A DNA stretch of 64,000 nucleotides. It comes from Clostridia bacterium. GTDB lineage: Bacteria; Bacillota; Clostridia; Oscillospirales; CAG-272. The position numbers were made by a program, and so were the translations under genes. The stretch spans positions 2,681-66,680 of the forward strand of contig JAGASP010000127.1 in NCBI GenBank assembly GCA_017621695.1, given 5' to 3'. Numbering within the stretch: the stretch's first letter is position 1; the number at the start of each line of letters is the position of its first letter. This document shows positions 54,652-62,556 of the stretch, one piece after another. The notes beneath the pieces are model-generated. The model had not been told where the DNA came from. It did no database searches and saw nothing but the letters and a program-made list of their open reading frames with translations.

Positions 54652-57042
54652 ATGATGAAAAAATTGCTTTGCGGCATCCTGCTCGCCTTCTTGCTCCTGT
54701 CTGTCGCAGCTTGTACGAACAATTCGGGAGACGCCGAAACCGACATGGGTACAGCTACCTCTGCGCCCCAATCTGCAACCGAAGCTCCCACCGAGGAGAG
54801 CGACGAATTCCAAATCGAGACAGAGGCTGATACTTATGTGGAAACCGAGACCGAAACCGAAACCGAGACGGAGACCGATCTTGAAACCGAACCCGAGACC
54901 GAGCCTCCCATTGCGATTGAGGTTCCTGCTTACAAGGATATCGGACTGACTGCTCTCATGGCAGGCACGGATGATCGACTGAACCTCAACTATCATTTTG
55001 CTGATTACACCTACAGCCAGCTCCGCAGTGATAATGCGCTTGTCTTTACTTCTAACAAGGATTATGTGGTAGATAAGGACGGGCTTACGCTCACGACCGA
55101 CGGCTGGAACAGCGTAGGCTTTGCGCATACACTGACAAAAGCGTATACCGCGAAGGCATCCATCGTCAATCGCGGCGGAGTGAGCGACGTTCGCACCATA
55201 ATGATGGGATGCCGTATTACAAGGTCCGATCATCTTTACATAGATAGTGGCCTTTGGTTCACCTTTTCCGGCAATTCAGTATACGCCCACGTCAAGAATG
55301 GCTTTACCAAATTGATTCGAAATGATTATACCTTCAATGCTAAGGACGGCTTGAACGTTACCATCAAGGATGACGGTACCACCATCGAATGCTATGTCAA
55401 CGGCGCTCTCATTGCCACGGCTGTGGTGGAAGGGGATACCCTCGCTGTATACGGTACCAATGGTACGGAGATCGCCCGCACCTCCGATCTGGCTCGTATC
55501 GCCCACGGAGATACCTTGGGATATGTCCGTACCATGTCTCACTTTGCAGATTCCACGACCAAGGCTATGAGTTTGGAAACGGGTGTAATCATTCCGTATG
55601 CAACAGATGACATTTGCGCAGAACTGAAGGATGGCTATGCATACTTCCTGTGTGATAAGACGCAGATCAAGGCCAAATACCCCATCACGCTCCACGAGGG
55701 CGTAACCCTCATGGACGCAAAGGCTGCCGCTACACTCTTTGGCTATCAATGTGTGATCTCCGAGGACGGTACCACGGCCACCCTCACCCGTGACGGAGCT
55801 ACCTTGACCTACACCGTGGGTTCGCCTAAGGTCGATCTCAATGGGAAATCCTACGATTGCCCCACAACTGTTTCCCGTGGCGATACCATCCTGATCTCTG
55901 CTGACTATCTGGCTCGTTGGATGGGATATACCGTAACATCCGCCGACACCTCGGTTTATGTGACCACCTCGGCCGCCGCCCTCACTGAGGAGCGCAAACA
56001 GGCCATGACCGAGCGGTATCAGCTCTATAAGGACGTCATCTACAACTACGACGACGTGGAGATCGAGCAGATCGGCGTGGGCAAGTACGAGACTACGCCC
56101 TACGAAGACCGCCTGGTGGGCATCGCTTACTCTACCTGGCTCTGCACCAAGATCATCACCTGGGGCAAGAACACCTGGGATACACCCCTGTATGGCAACT
56201 ACTATTCCGACGACCGCGAGATGATCGCCAAGCACGCCGAGCTGCTCCGCGACGCGGGTGTGGACTTCGTCTTCGTGGACTGGACCAACAATACCGGTTA
56301 TGACCCTGCCACTATGAGTGACTCCCGCTCTGATTTCCGCATGATCGAGGAAGCTACCGAGTTGCTCTTTGAGATCTGGTCCCAGATCGAGGGTGCTCCC
56401 AAGATCTGCATCTTCGCGGGCCCCGGCCACTCGGGCATCGAGAACGTCAACAACGGTAAGCACCAGAAGAAGGTGGATCAGATCTATTCTTCCTTCGTGG
56501 AGAAGTACCCCGATATGTACTTCCAGTATGAAGGAAAGCCCCTGCTCATGTGCTATGGGGCCACACCCAACCAGTACGGCGCCCGCCCCAGATGGAAGGA
56601 TGACCGCTTCACCATCCGCTGGGTCACGGGCTATGTTGGCCAGCAGGGTGATCTGCACAGCGATAAGGATATGTCCAGCCGCTCCCGCTGGTGGAGCTGG
56701 GAGGAGAGAGGGCTTCAGGCCTATTCCATTTCGGACGGTCGGGTGGAGTGTGTTACCTGCACCGCCGCCTCGCGCGCCCAGGGCAAGGAGGGTGAGTCCG
56801 GTTACATCCCCGCCTATGGTAGAGAGAACGGTTTGACCCTAAAAAAACAGTTCCAGCGAGCCAACGATTTGGGAGCAGGCATGGTCATCCTTGTCTCATG
56901 GAACGAGTGGACCACAGGCGAACAGCCCTCCCCCGAAATCTCCAAGGATCTGGAGCCCTCGGTGATCCACGGCACCTTCTACTACGACCTGCTGTGCGAG
57001 CAGATCAAGAAGTTCAAGGGGCAGATCCAAATCGAGGATTGA
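54652..57042 (+). CDS. Surface lipoprotein: beta-rich N-domain, copper-amine-oxidase-N-like stalk, C-terminal WNEW-type TIM-barrel-like domain
   Basis: Four clustered ATGs (54640-54655). ATG 54652 lies 6 nt after GGAG. Lipobox LLLSVAAC. (ET)n linker. Stalk-like GVTLMDAKAAATLFGYQCVISEDGTTATLTRDGATLTYTVGSPKVDLNGKSYDC...ISADYLARWMGYTV. Barrel-like VGIAYSTW...AELLRDAGVDFVFVDWTNNTGYDP...KICIFAGPGHS...VSWNEWTTGEQ. Confidence 0.75.
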   Translation: MMKKLLCGILLAFLLLSVAACTNNSGDAETDMGTATSAPQSATEAPTEESDEFQIETEADTYVETETETETETETDLETEPETEPPIAIEVPAYKDIGLTALMAGTDDRLNLNYHFADYTYSQLRSDNALVFTSNKDYVVDKDGLTLTTDGWNSVGFAHTLTKAYTAKASIVNRGGVSDVRTIMMGCRITRSDHLYIDSGLWFTFSGNSVYAHVKNGFTKLIRNDYTFNAKDGLNVTIKDDGTTIECYVNGALIATAVVEGDTLAVYGTNGTEIARTSDLARIAHGDTLGYVRTMSHFADSTTKAMSLETGVIIPYATDDICAELKDGYAYFLCDKTQIKAKYPITLHEGVTLMDAKAAATLFGYQCVISEDGTTATLTRDGATLTYTVGSPKVDLNGKSYDCPTTVSRGDTILISADYLARWMGYTVTSADTSVYVTTSAAALTEERKQAMTERYQLYKDVIYNYDDVEIEQIGVGKYETTPYEDRLVGIAYSTWLCTKIITWGKNTWDTPLYGNYYSDDREMIAKHAELLRDAGVDFVFVDWTNNTGYDPATMSDSRSDFRMIEEATELLFEIWSQIEGAPKICIFAGPGHSGIENVNNGKHQKKVDQIYSSFVEKYPDMYFQYEGKPLLMCYGATPNQYGARPRWKDDRFTIRWVTGYVGQQGDLHSDKDMSSRSRWWSWEERGLQAYSISDGRVECVTCTAASRAQGKEGESGYIPAYGRENGLTLKKQFQRANDLGAGMVILVSWNEWTTGEQPSPEISKDLEPSVIHGTFYYDLLCEQIKKFKGQIQIED

Positions 57043-57059
57043 TTCGGCCACGGGCTTGG

Positions 57060-57189
57060 AAGATACCAAGATACACGCCGAGCAAGCTCGGCCGATACAA
57101 GATACACGCCGAGCAAGCTCGGCCGATACAAGATAACCTCCCCGTTTCCATCTCGTATCTTGTATCTCGTATCTTGTATCTCATATCTC
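57060..57189 (+). repeat. Composite intergenic repeat: 31-nt unit x2.2 with GC hairpins, followed by inverted heptamer repeats
   Basis: CAAGATACACGCCGAGCAAGCTCGGCCGATA occurs at 57067-57097 and 57098-57128, each with GCCGAG-CAAG-CTCGGC. The left arm repeats AAGATAC. TCGTATCTTGTATC x2 (57153-57180) plus TCATATCTC is its reverse complement. Confidence 0.85.
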
Positions 57190-57234
57190 ACACCTGCACT
57201 CAATATTTCTCATTCCAAATACGGAGGAACCACC

Positions 57235-58221
57235 ATGTCAAACCGTTACGCATCCGTCCTGCCCATCGGCGTAGGACTCTACGACAAAACCCCGGCGGCT
57301 GACCGCAAGGTTGGCATCGCCTACACCACCTGGAACACCGCTACTCATCCCCGTTGGGGGACCGGGACTTGGGATCTCCCTATGGATGGCCCCTACATCT
57401 CCGAGGATCCCGCCATCATCCGTAAGCACGGCATCCTGCTCCGTGACGCAGGCATCGACTTTGTCTTCGTTGACTGGACCAACAACACCTGCTACGATCC
57501 CGCGACCCAAAGAGACAAGCTGGAGACCTTCCGCATGATCGAGGAGGCTACCGATGTGCTGTTTGAGGAGTGGTCCCGTCTGGAGGGCGCGCCCAAGATC
57601 TGCATATTCGCAGGCCCAGGCCACAGTATGCCCGAGAATCTGGAGAACGGCAACCACCAGAAGAAGGTGGATCAGATCTGGCGAGACTACGCCTCCAAGT
57701 ACCCCGAGCTCTACTATCAGTACGACGGCAAGCCACTGCTCATGTGCTACGGTGCCACCCCCAACTTCTACGGCGCGGATCCCGTCTGGACCGACGACCG
57801 CTTCACGGTTCGCTGGGTCACGGGTTACGTAGGCCAGCAGGAGGGTCTGTATGATCCTGAGACCATGCGCTCCTACCACTTCTGGAGCTGGGAGGAGCGA
57901 GGCACCCAGACCTATACCGTCAAAGAGGGAAGGGTAGAGTGCATCTCGGTCACCGCCTCCAGTCGCGCTCAGGGCAAGGAAGGAACTCGTGGCTACATCC
58001 CTGCGAGAGGTCGACGGAACGGCGAGACCTTCCGTGAGCAGTTCGGTCGAGCCACCCAACTGGGCGCGGGTATGGTGCTTCTGATTTCCTGGAACGAGTG
58101 GACTACGGGCGAACAACTCTCGTTGGAGATTTCCAAGGATCTGGAGCCCTCCCAAACCTTGGGTACCTTCTACTACGACCTCATGAAGGAGCAGATCAAA
58201 CTGTATAAGACGCTTGAGTGA
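57235..58221 (+). CDS. Cytoplasmic stand-alone WNEW-type TIM-barrel-like protein, paralog of the C-terminal domain of the upstream lipoprotein
   Basis: Start moved to ATG 57235 (ACGGAGGA upstream; MSNRYASVLPIG). No signal peptide. It is collinear with 56110-57042 (VGIAYTTW, LLRDAGIDFVFVDWTNNTCYDPAT, KICIFAGPGHS, GKPLLMCYGATPN, DDRFTVRWVTGYVGQQ, ISWNEWTTGEQ), and roughly two-thirds of positions are identical by eye. Confidence 0.8.
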   Translation: MSNRYASVLPIGVGLYDKTPAADRKVGIAYTTWNTATHPRWGTGTWDLPMDGPYISEDPAIIRKHGILLRDAGIDFVFVDWTNNTCYDPATQRDKLETFRMIEEATDVLFEEWSRLEGAPKICIFAGPGHSMPENLENGNHQKKVDQIWRDYASKYPELYYQYDGKPLLMCYGATPNFYGADPVWTDDRFTVRWVTGYVGQQEGLYDPETMRSYHFWSWEERGTQTYTVKEGRVECISVTASSRAQGKEGTRGYIPARGRRNGETFREQFGRATQLGAGMVLLISWNEWTTGEQLSLEISKDLEPSQTLGTFYYDLMKEQIKLYKTLE

Positions 58222-58262
58222 TCCAACCGGGGGCGAAGGAGTTAAAAATAAGCTATTTTCGC

Positions 58263-58310
58263 AAAAAACAAAATTCCATAGTCGAAATTGTATCGACTAT
58301 GGAATTTTTT
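58263..58310. terminator. Bidirectional terminator hairpin
   Basis: AAAATTCCATAGTCGA (58270-58285), loop aattgta, TCGACTATGGAATTTT (58293-58308): a 16-bp stem with an A-run before and a T-run after. It lies between convergent genes. Confidence 0.8.
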
Positions 58311-58334
58311 GTGCTGTGCTTCCGAAATAGATGC

Positions 58335-58784
58335 CTATTGCTCAAGGATTCTTCTTACACATTCTATCAATTCATTTTCTTCCTTGATTTTTGACATAAA
58401 TAATACAGCGCACACAACGGAAATTAAGATAAATGCCAGTATATCTTGAACAAAAATAATTTCTAACAAGCCATTCAACAAACCGATTATCAATAAAGGG
58501 CAGTAATATGTATATCCTTTGACAATGCGTTTCCCGTTTTTCTCTTTTATTTTAATGTGCATCCAAGCTTTCGCTCTCTGCAAATCGTCTTGTCTGTTAC
58601 GTTCTCCAGTTTCGTAATAACCGGTAAAACCATTTTCATCGGGATATAGATGCAAACCTTTTCTAGGAGAGGTGTATTCCTTAAATATATTCCACGAAGA
58701 ATGCTTTTCCCATTCATAATAAGATGACATGCGGTGTTGGATCTCGTCACTAGTCAAATAAGTTTCAAATTCAAAAAAGCGCAT
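58335..58784 (-). CDS. Small membrane protein, function unknown
   Basis: 149-aa ORF in the AT-richer segment. C-terminal TM helices (YYCPLLIIGLLNGLLEIIFV, ILAFILISVVCAVLFM). It is preceded by regulatory module copy 1. Confidence 0.6.
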   Translation of the reverse strand: MRFFEFETYLTSDEIQHRMSSYYEWEKHSSWNIFKEYTSPRKGLHLYPDENGFTGYYETGERNRQDDLQRAKAWMHIKIKEKNGKRIVKGYTYYCPLLIIGLLNGLLEIIFVQDILAFILISVVCAVLFMSKIKEENELIECVRRILEQ

Positions 58785-58883
58785 TTGTTCACCGCCTTTT
58801 TTTATGCATGTGCGTATTTCTGTCCTCGGTTGGAGGATTATAGAGGAAGTAAATTTTACATCTGAGCAATGTTAATTTTACTT

Positions 58884-59023
58884 GATAATATGGTTTTAAG
58901 TCTATCATTTCCGCGCTCCTTTCGGGTGGTAATACAGATTGTACCGAAAGTTTGCGAGGAGTCCAGAGGTTTTGGAAAATTATTTGTTGAAATAATTATA
59001 TCACAAATTCCATGCTTTGTCAA
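58884..59023 (-). promoter_or_regulatory. Promoter-operator-leader module, copy 1
   Basis: Minus strand reads TTGACA (59023-59018), a 17-nt spacer, then a TG-extended TATAAT (59000-58995). An 18-bp palindrome ATTATTTGTTGAAATAAT (58979-58996) overlaps the -10/start region. About 95 nt of conserved leader (58884-58978) is shared with 61489-61580. Confidence 0.7.
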
Positions 59024-59190
59024 TGAAGCATTCGCTACGCGAATATGAAGCAGAAGCCTTGCGGCTTCTGTGAAGCGGCGGCGTTGCCGTCATGAAGCGA
59101 AGCGCACGCTAACCTCTCCGTGAGCCGAAGGCTCGCTTCACAGGACGAAGTCCTGCTTCATTTTTCATGCACCATCGGTGCGCTTCATTG
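59021..59190. repeat. Hairpin-ladder array 1 (three nested 9-bp helices built from ATGAAGC/GCTTCAT arms, with six side hairpins)
   Basis: Helices: 59021-59029/59182-59190, 59045-59053/59153-59161 and 59069-59077/59134-59142. Side hairpins: ATTCGC-tac-GCGAAT, AAGCC-ttgc-GGCTT, GGCGGC-gtt-GCCGTC, GAGCC-gaa-GGCTC, GGAC-gaa-GTCC and GCACC-atc-GGTGC. Confidence 0.8.
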
Positions 59191-59195
59191 CAACC

Positions 59196-59235
59196 AAAAA
59201 CGAAAAAGCAGTCCATTGGACTGCTTTCGTTTTTG
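59196..59235. terminator. Bidirectional terminator hairpin
   Basis: GCAGTCC (59208-59214), loop att, GGACTGC (59218-59224), extended by CGAAA/TTTCG, with an A-run before and a T-run after. It lies downstream (minus sense) of gene 59314-61410. Confidence 0.75.
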
Positions 59236-59313
59236 TGTTGCACTATCTAAATAGATGCCGAACTGAAAAGTCAATAAAATCAGGTGGCGAGTTCGGTCAA
59301 TTCAAAGCTTCGC

Positions 59314-61410
59314 CTAAACAGATTCTTTTTCCTTTTCTGTAAAGACCTCAACTATGTAGTTACAGTTTATTATCTTTTCAGCAAGCTGCCCCTTGGAATA
59401 ATAATAGTGGTTTGCCGCTTCATATCCGATTGCCGCGTTTTTGTTCATCAGCGCTAACATTCTTTTTGCGGTGAGCAATTCTTCCTTTGCGGCAAAGACG
59501 GCATCTGAATAGAACCCTTCGTCTCTGGCGCGAATAAATCTGATTTGATTCAAAGAAGATTTAAAAAGGCAATAGGTTGCTCTTGCCATAATAGCGGTCT
59601 CACTTTCATCTTCTTCATCCAGCATATCCAAGCCGATCTCCCATTTTTTACATAGCTTTGAAAATTGCTCCTCAAAGGTGTTAAGCGGATATATCGACCT
59701 CCAGCCTTTAAGATCATCATAGGCAAAGCAGGTCATAGATGTTTTGTATCCCGTCGGCTTTTCAAACAGAAGATTAGAGGGACCCGCATTTTGCGGCCCG
59801 AAATAGAGAACATCGATATGGAACGGAAACTCTCTGAATGCCTCAACGAATTGCTTTTCCGCTTCATATGGCGCAGGGCCTTTGGATTGATCACTACATT
59901 CTTCGTAAAAATATTTTGCCGCAGCGGCAATATTACGGCAGGGATATCCTCCAAGCGTCCAACTGAGCAAAAGATGCTGAACCCCCTCCTCTTGCAACGT
60001 TTTAATATGCTTCTCTATGGAGGGGCGTACAGGAATAGCCGGAACAGTTGATGCTTCCCACGTGGTGTTTATCTGCACCTTTGCGCCGACCTCCAAGCCG
60101 CGATCCTTTGCCAGCTTCCATTCGCGGCGCGCACGTTCTCCCGGTCCGACAATGCTCATAGAATAGTCCAGGACATTACCCTTAATTCCGCTTATATCAA
60201 ACGGAATATCCAATTCGCTCTGTGATAAAAGTATAATGTCTTTGGGAAGACGTCGTATGATATCTTCGTTGAACTCATCCCATCTCCAGCTCCACGCAAA
60301 CACCTTGATATCCCGGCTTACGCGGTACGCTCCATTTAAGATGCAATCGATTGTTTCGGCAACAACCTCGCCAACACCTCGGTTTTTGCATCTGGGACAG
60401 TTGCAGGGATTCCAAGCGAAACCCGAATGTGAGTAGCAATTTGTCAGATTTTCAGATCTTGTTATAGTAAAAAAGCCGCCGATCAAGGGCACAGCGCGGC
60501 ATATTGACTCCACAGCATCCGTAAGATAATCGCGCACTTGAGGCGTTGAGATGCAAAGGCAGGCGTCTTCACCCTGCACGTGACCGCGCAGTTCAGAGTG
60601 CTTTTCAAAGAAGGAAAGAGGCATTGAGCGTGGCTCGTTGAGATAAAGATAAAGCTTGATACCGTAGCGAGCAAGGCGCTCGGTCATCGCTATCATCTTT
60701 TCAATGCGCTTTTCATATCCTACTGAAACGCTAGGATCAAACGGAAAGGGGGTAAGCTGCGAGAGCACGCCCTGTGTCCAGATACCATTTATGCCAAGCG
60801 CCTGATACGCCTTTAGCTGCTCATCGGGCAAAAATTCTTCGCTATCGACGTCGAATGCGTGCTGATATAATCCGGAAAACGCATAGATCATTCGTGTGGA
60901 AAAGCGTTCCTTGCCGGTAAATTGCAGTTTTGGAACATCATATTCAAATGCAAACGGTTGCTTGCCGGAAAAATCGAGCGATTGCATCAGCTTTTGAATT
61001 TGGCGAGTCCTTATTCTTTCTTCTTCAGTAAGCTCACGCCACGAAATTCTTTCACAGTATGGCTTATCCGATAGCTTGACATCGAGAAAATCATCCTCAC
61101 GCATAATACGCGCAAGCGTCTGTTCATCCATATCCAGCAGCTCTAATAACTGCTCGTACGGCAAAATGTGCCACATTCTGCGAATGATCGTAATATAACC
61201 GCGTCGGAGCCACAAATCACCGGGATTGTAGTCCGGCAATCCCATCTCATCGGCGGCGCGTCTTACCGTGTTAACGTCCGTCCTCAAGAGGTTTGCTATT
61301 CTTTCTATCGGTACGTATTCGTACGCACGAAAAATAAATGCTTGGTGCTTTGTCGGAAAATGCAACAAATCCAGCGCATTATTTCCTACCGGCGGCAATG
61401 AATAAATCAT
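59314..61410 (-). CDS. 698-aa cytoplasmic protein, putative clan GH-A-like glycoside hydrolase
   Basis: SD GGAGGA. Central barrel-like region GINGIWTQGVLSQLTPFPFDP...YGIKLYLYLNEPRSMP (NEP-type motif) and FFTITRSENLTNCYSH...CNCPRC. No signal peptide. The family was not identified. Confidence 0.6.
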   Translation of the reverse strand: MIYSLPPVGNNALDLLHFPTKHQAFIFRAYEYVPIERIANLLRTDVNTVRRAADEMGLPDYNPGDLWLRRGYITIIRRMWHILPYEQLLELLDMDEQTLARIMREDDFLDVKLSDKPYCERISWRELTEEERIRTRQIQKLMQSLDFSGKQPFAFEYDVPKLQFTGKERFSTRMIYAFSGLYQHAFDVDSEEFLPDEQLKAYQALGINGIWTQGVLSQLTPFPFDPSVSVGYEKRIEKMIAMTERLARYGIKLYLYLNEPRSMPLSFFEKHSELRGHVQGEDACLCISTPQVRDYLTDAVESICRAVPLIGGFFTITRSENLTNCYSHSGFAWNPCNCPRCKNRGVGEVVAETIDCILNGAYRVSRDIKVFAWSWRWDEFNEDIIRRLPKDIILLSQSELDIPFDISGIKGNVLDYSMSIVGPGERARREWKLAKDRGLEVGAKVQINTTWEASTVPAIPVRPSIEKHIKTLQEEGVQHLLLSWTLGGYPCRNIAAAAKYFYEECSDQSKGPAPYEAEKQFVEAFREFPFHIDVLYFGPQNAGPSNLLFEKPTGYKTSMTCFAYDDLKGWRSIYPLNTFEEQFSKLCKKWEIGLDMLDEEDESETAIMARATYCLFKSSLNQIRFIRARDEGFYSDAVFAAKEELLTAKRMLALMNKNAAIGYEAANHYYYSKGQLAEKIINCNYIVEVFTEKEKESV

Positions 61411-61488
61411 AATATTCCTCCATTTTTACAAAGTCAATGCTTGGTTATGGTTTTATCACAATACAAACAAAAAAACAAAAACGAATTA

Positions 61489-61625
61489 GATAATATGGCT
61501 TCAGGTCTATCATTTTCACTCTCCTTTCGGGTGGTAATACCATTATACCGAAAGACTCGGGAAAGTCCAGGGGTTTTATGATTATTTGTTGAAATAATTA
61601 TATCATACTTTCGACTAAAAATCAA
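61489..61625 (-). promoter_or_regulatory. Promoter-operator-leader module, copy 2
   Basis: Minus strand reads TTGATT (61625-61620), a 17-nt spacer, then a TG-extended TATAAT (61602-61597). The same palindrome ATTATTTGTTGAAATAAT lies at 61581-61598. The conserved leader at 61489-61580 is about 80% identical to copy 1 by eye. Confidence 0.7.
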
Positions 61626-61634
61626 CTATAATTT

Positions 61635-61826
61635 CAGCGCACTGAGCGAACGGCTCAATTCCGTTTGCGCGAAGCGCAACATCGTTGGGCGTAGCCCGCA
61701 TCATTTGCCGAAGGCAACTTCATTTGAGGCAATGCCTCAACATCGTTCATTTGTGCCACGAGCGGCAATGATGTTCTCGCTTTGCTCGAAATGATGTTGC
61801 GTGCGTTGCACGCAACTGATGTTGTA
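61635..61826. repeat. Hairpin-ladder array 2 (nested helices built from AACATCRTT/AAYGATGTT arms, with side hairpins)
   Basis: Left arms at 61678-61686, 61698-61706 and 61739-61747. Right arms at 61767-61775, 61790-61798 and 61814-61823. Side hairpins: AACGG-ctcaatt-CCGTT, TTGCGC-gaa-GCGCAA, GGGC-gta-GCCC, TTGCC-gaa-GGCAA, TTGAGGC-aat-GCCTCAA and GTTGCGTGC-gtt-GCACGCAAC. Confidence 0.8.
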
Positions 61827-61912
61827 GTTATTATATCACACCATTTCCGTCATGTCAAGGTGCTTCCATTTTTGAAGAGACCGAATAATTTCAAAAATAT
61901 TTGCAAAAACTA

Positions 61913-61941
61913 TTGACAAAAGCCAAATGATATGGTATAAT
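61913..61941 (+). promoter_or_regulatory. Consensus sigma-A promoter of the tRNA pair
   Basis: TTGACA (61913-61918), a 17-nt spacer, then TATAAT (61936-61941). Confidence 0.75.
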
Positions 61942-61988
61942 AACAAAGTCATCGGGACAGTAAAGCCTCGGTAACAGTTTGAAGTTCT

Positions 61989-62077
61989 GCCGGTGTGGCG
62001 GAATTGGCAGACGCCCGGGACTTAAAATCCCGTGATACGAGAGTATCGTACCGGTTCGAGACCGGTCACCGGCACCA
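61989..62077 (+). tRNA. tRNA-Leu (anticodon UAA), class II with long variable arm, CCA encoded
   Basis: Acceptor GCCGGTG/CACCGGC. Anticodon stem-loop CGGGA-CTTAAAA-TCCCG. Variable arm GATAC-gaga-GTATC. T-arm ACCGG-TTCGAGA-CCGGT. 3' ACCA. Confidence 0.92.
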
Positions 62078-62094
62078 CACCAAATTTCATATAT

Positions 62095-62171
<77 letters not shown>

Positions 62172-62200
62172 TATTGTGCATCCTTAATGGATGCCACCCC

Positions 62201-62237
62201 AAAAAACCCAGATGTCGTAAGGCTTCTGGGCTTTTTT
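62201..62237 (+). terminator. Terminator after the tRNA pair (A-run/T-run on both sides)
   Basis: CCCAGA (62207-62212) pairs with TCTGGG (62225-62230), followed by CTTTTTT. Confidence 0.7.
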
Positions 62238-62326
62238 GTACCCATTTTTCATAGTGCGATTTTAATAGATGCCAAACGCCAAAAACGCCGTGTGGATGGG
62301 ATTTGAACTTAAATAATCCACTTTTT

Positions 62327-62371
62327 AGGGGAGATTTTGCGATTTTTCAGTCGCACAATCTCCCCTTTTTT
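62327..62371 (+). terminator. Strong orphan Rho-independent terminator
   Basis: AGGGGAGATTTTGCGA (62327-62342) pairs with TCGCACAATCTCCCCT (62351-62366) with one mismatch, followed by TTTTTT. No obvious upstream plus-strand gene. Confidence 0.65.
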
Positions 62372-62556
62372 CGTTTATTTCAAAAAAATATTTGTAAACT
62401 ATTTGTGTCTAAAACGAGGATTGTAGAAAATATTACTGCAGTCCTCTTTTTTATTTTCAAGAAAGGAGATCAAAAATGAAGCATGTTATTCATTGCCGTA
62501 GCCCTACTCATTAAGAAGTACAGAAAAAGAAAAAACAAAAATCAGAAAGGAGATAC

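Noticed and set aside
58884-59003. T-box-like GGGTGGTA...CCGAAAG on the plus strand of the conserved module
   Set aside because: In that orientation there is no downstream plus-strand gene, no specifier loop and no terminator/antiterminator pair. The module makes sense only as a minus-strand promoter plus leader.
59024-59112. Mini-ORFs starting at the repeated ATGAAGC motif (e.g. MKHSLREYEAEALRLL, MKRSAR)
   Set aside because: They have no SD. The ATG is a by-product of the arm motif and its reverse complement, and equivalent ORFs appear on both strands.
59021-59190. Possible CRISPR array (regularly spaced short repeats). The same question applies to 61635-61826.
   Set aside because: The repeat units are only 7-9 nt with a ~19-27 nt period. 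The would-be spacers are themselves palindromic hairpins. The repeat flips orientation mid-array, and no cas genes are present. I reported it as an unexplained hairpin-ladder instead.
59021-61826. Integron-style cassettes with attC sites
   Set aside because: Each gene has its own consensus promoter, whereas integron cassettes are normally promoterless. I found no convincing R''/R' GTTRRRY core pair and no intI gene.
62476-62514. 12-codon ORF MKHVIHCRSPTH with a strong SD (GAAAGGAGAT)
   Set aside because: It is too short to support as a gene from sequence alone. I mention it under the mobile-element boundary finding as a possible leader peptide.
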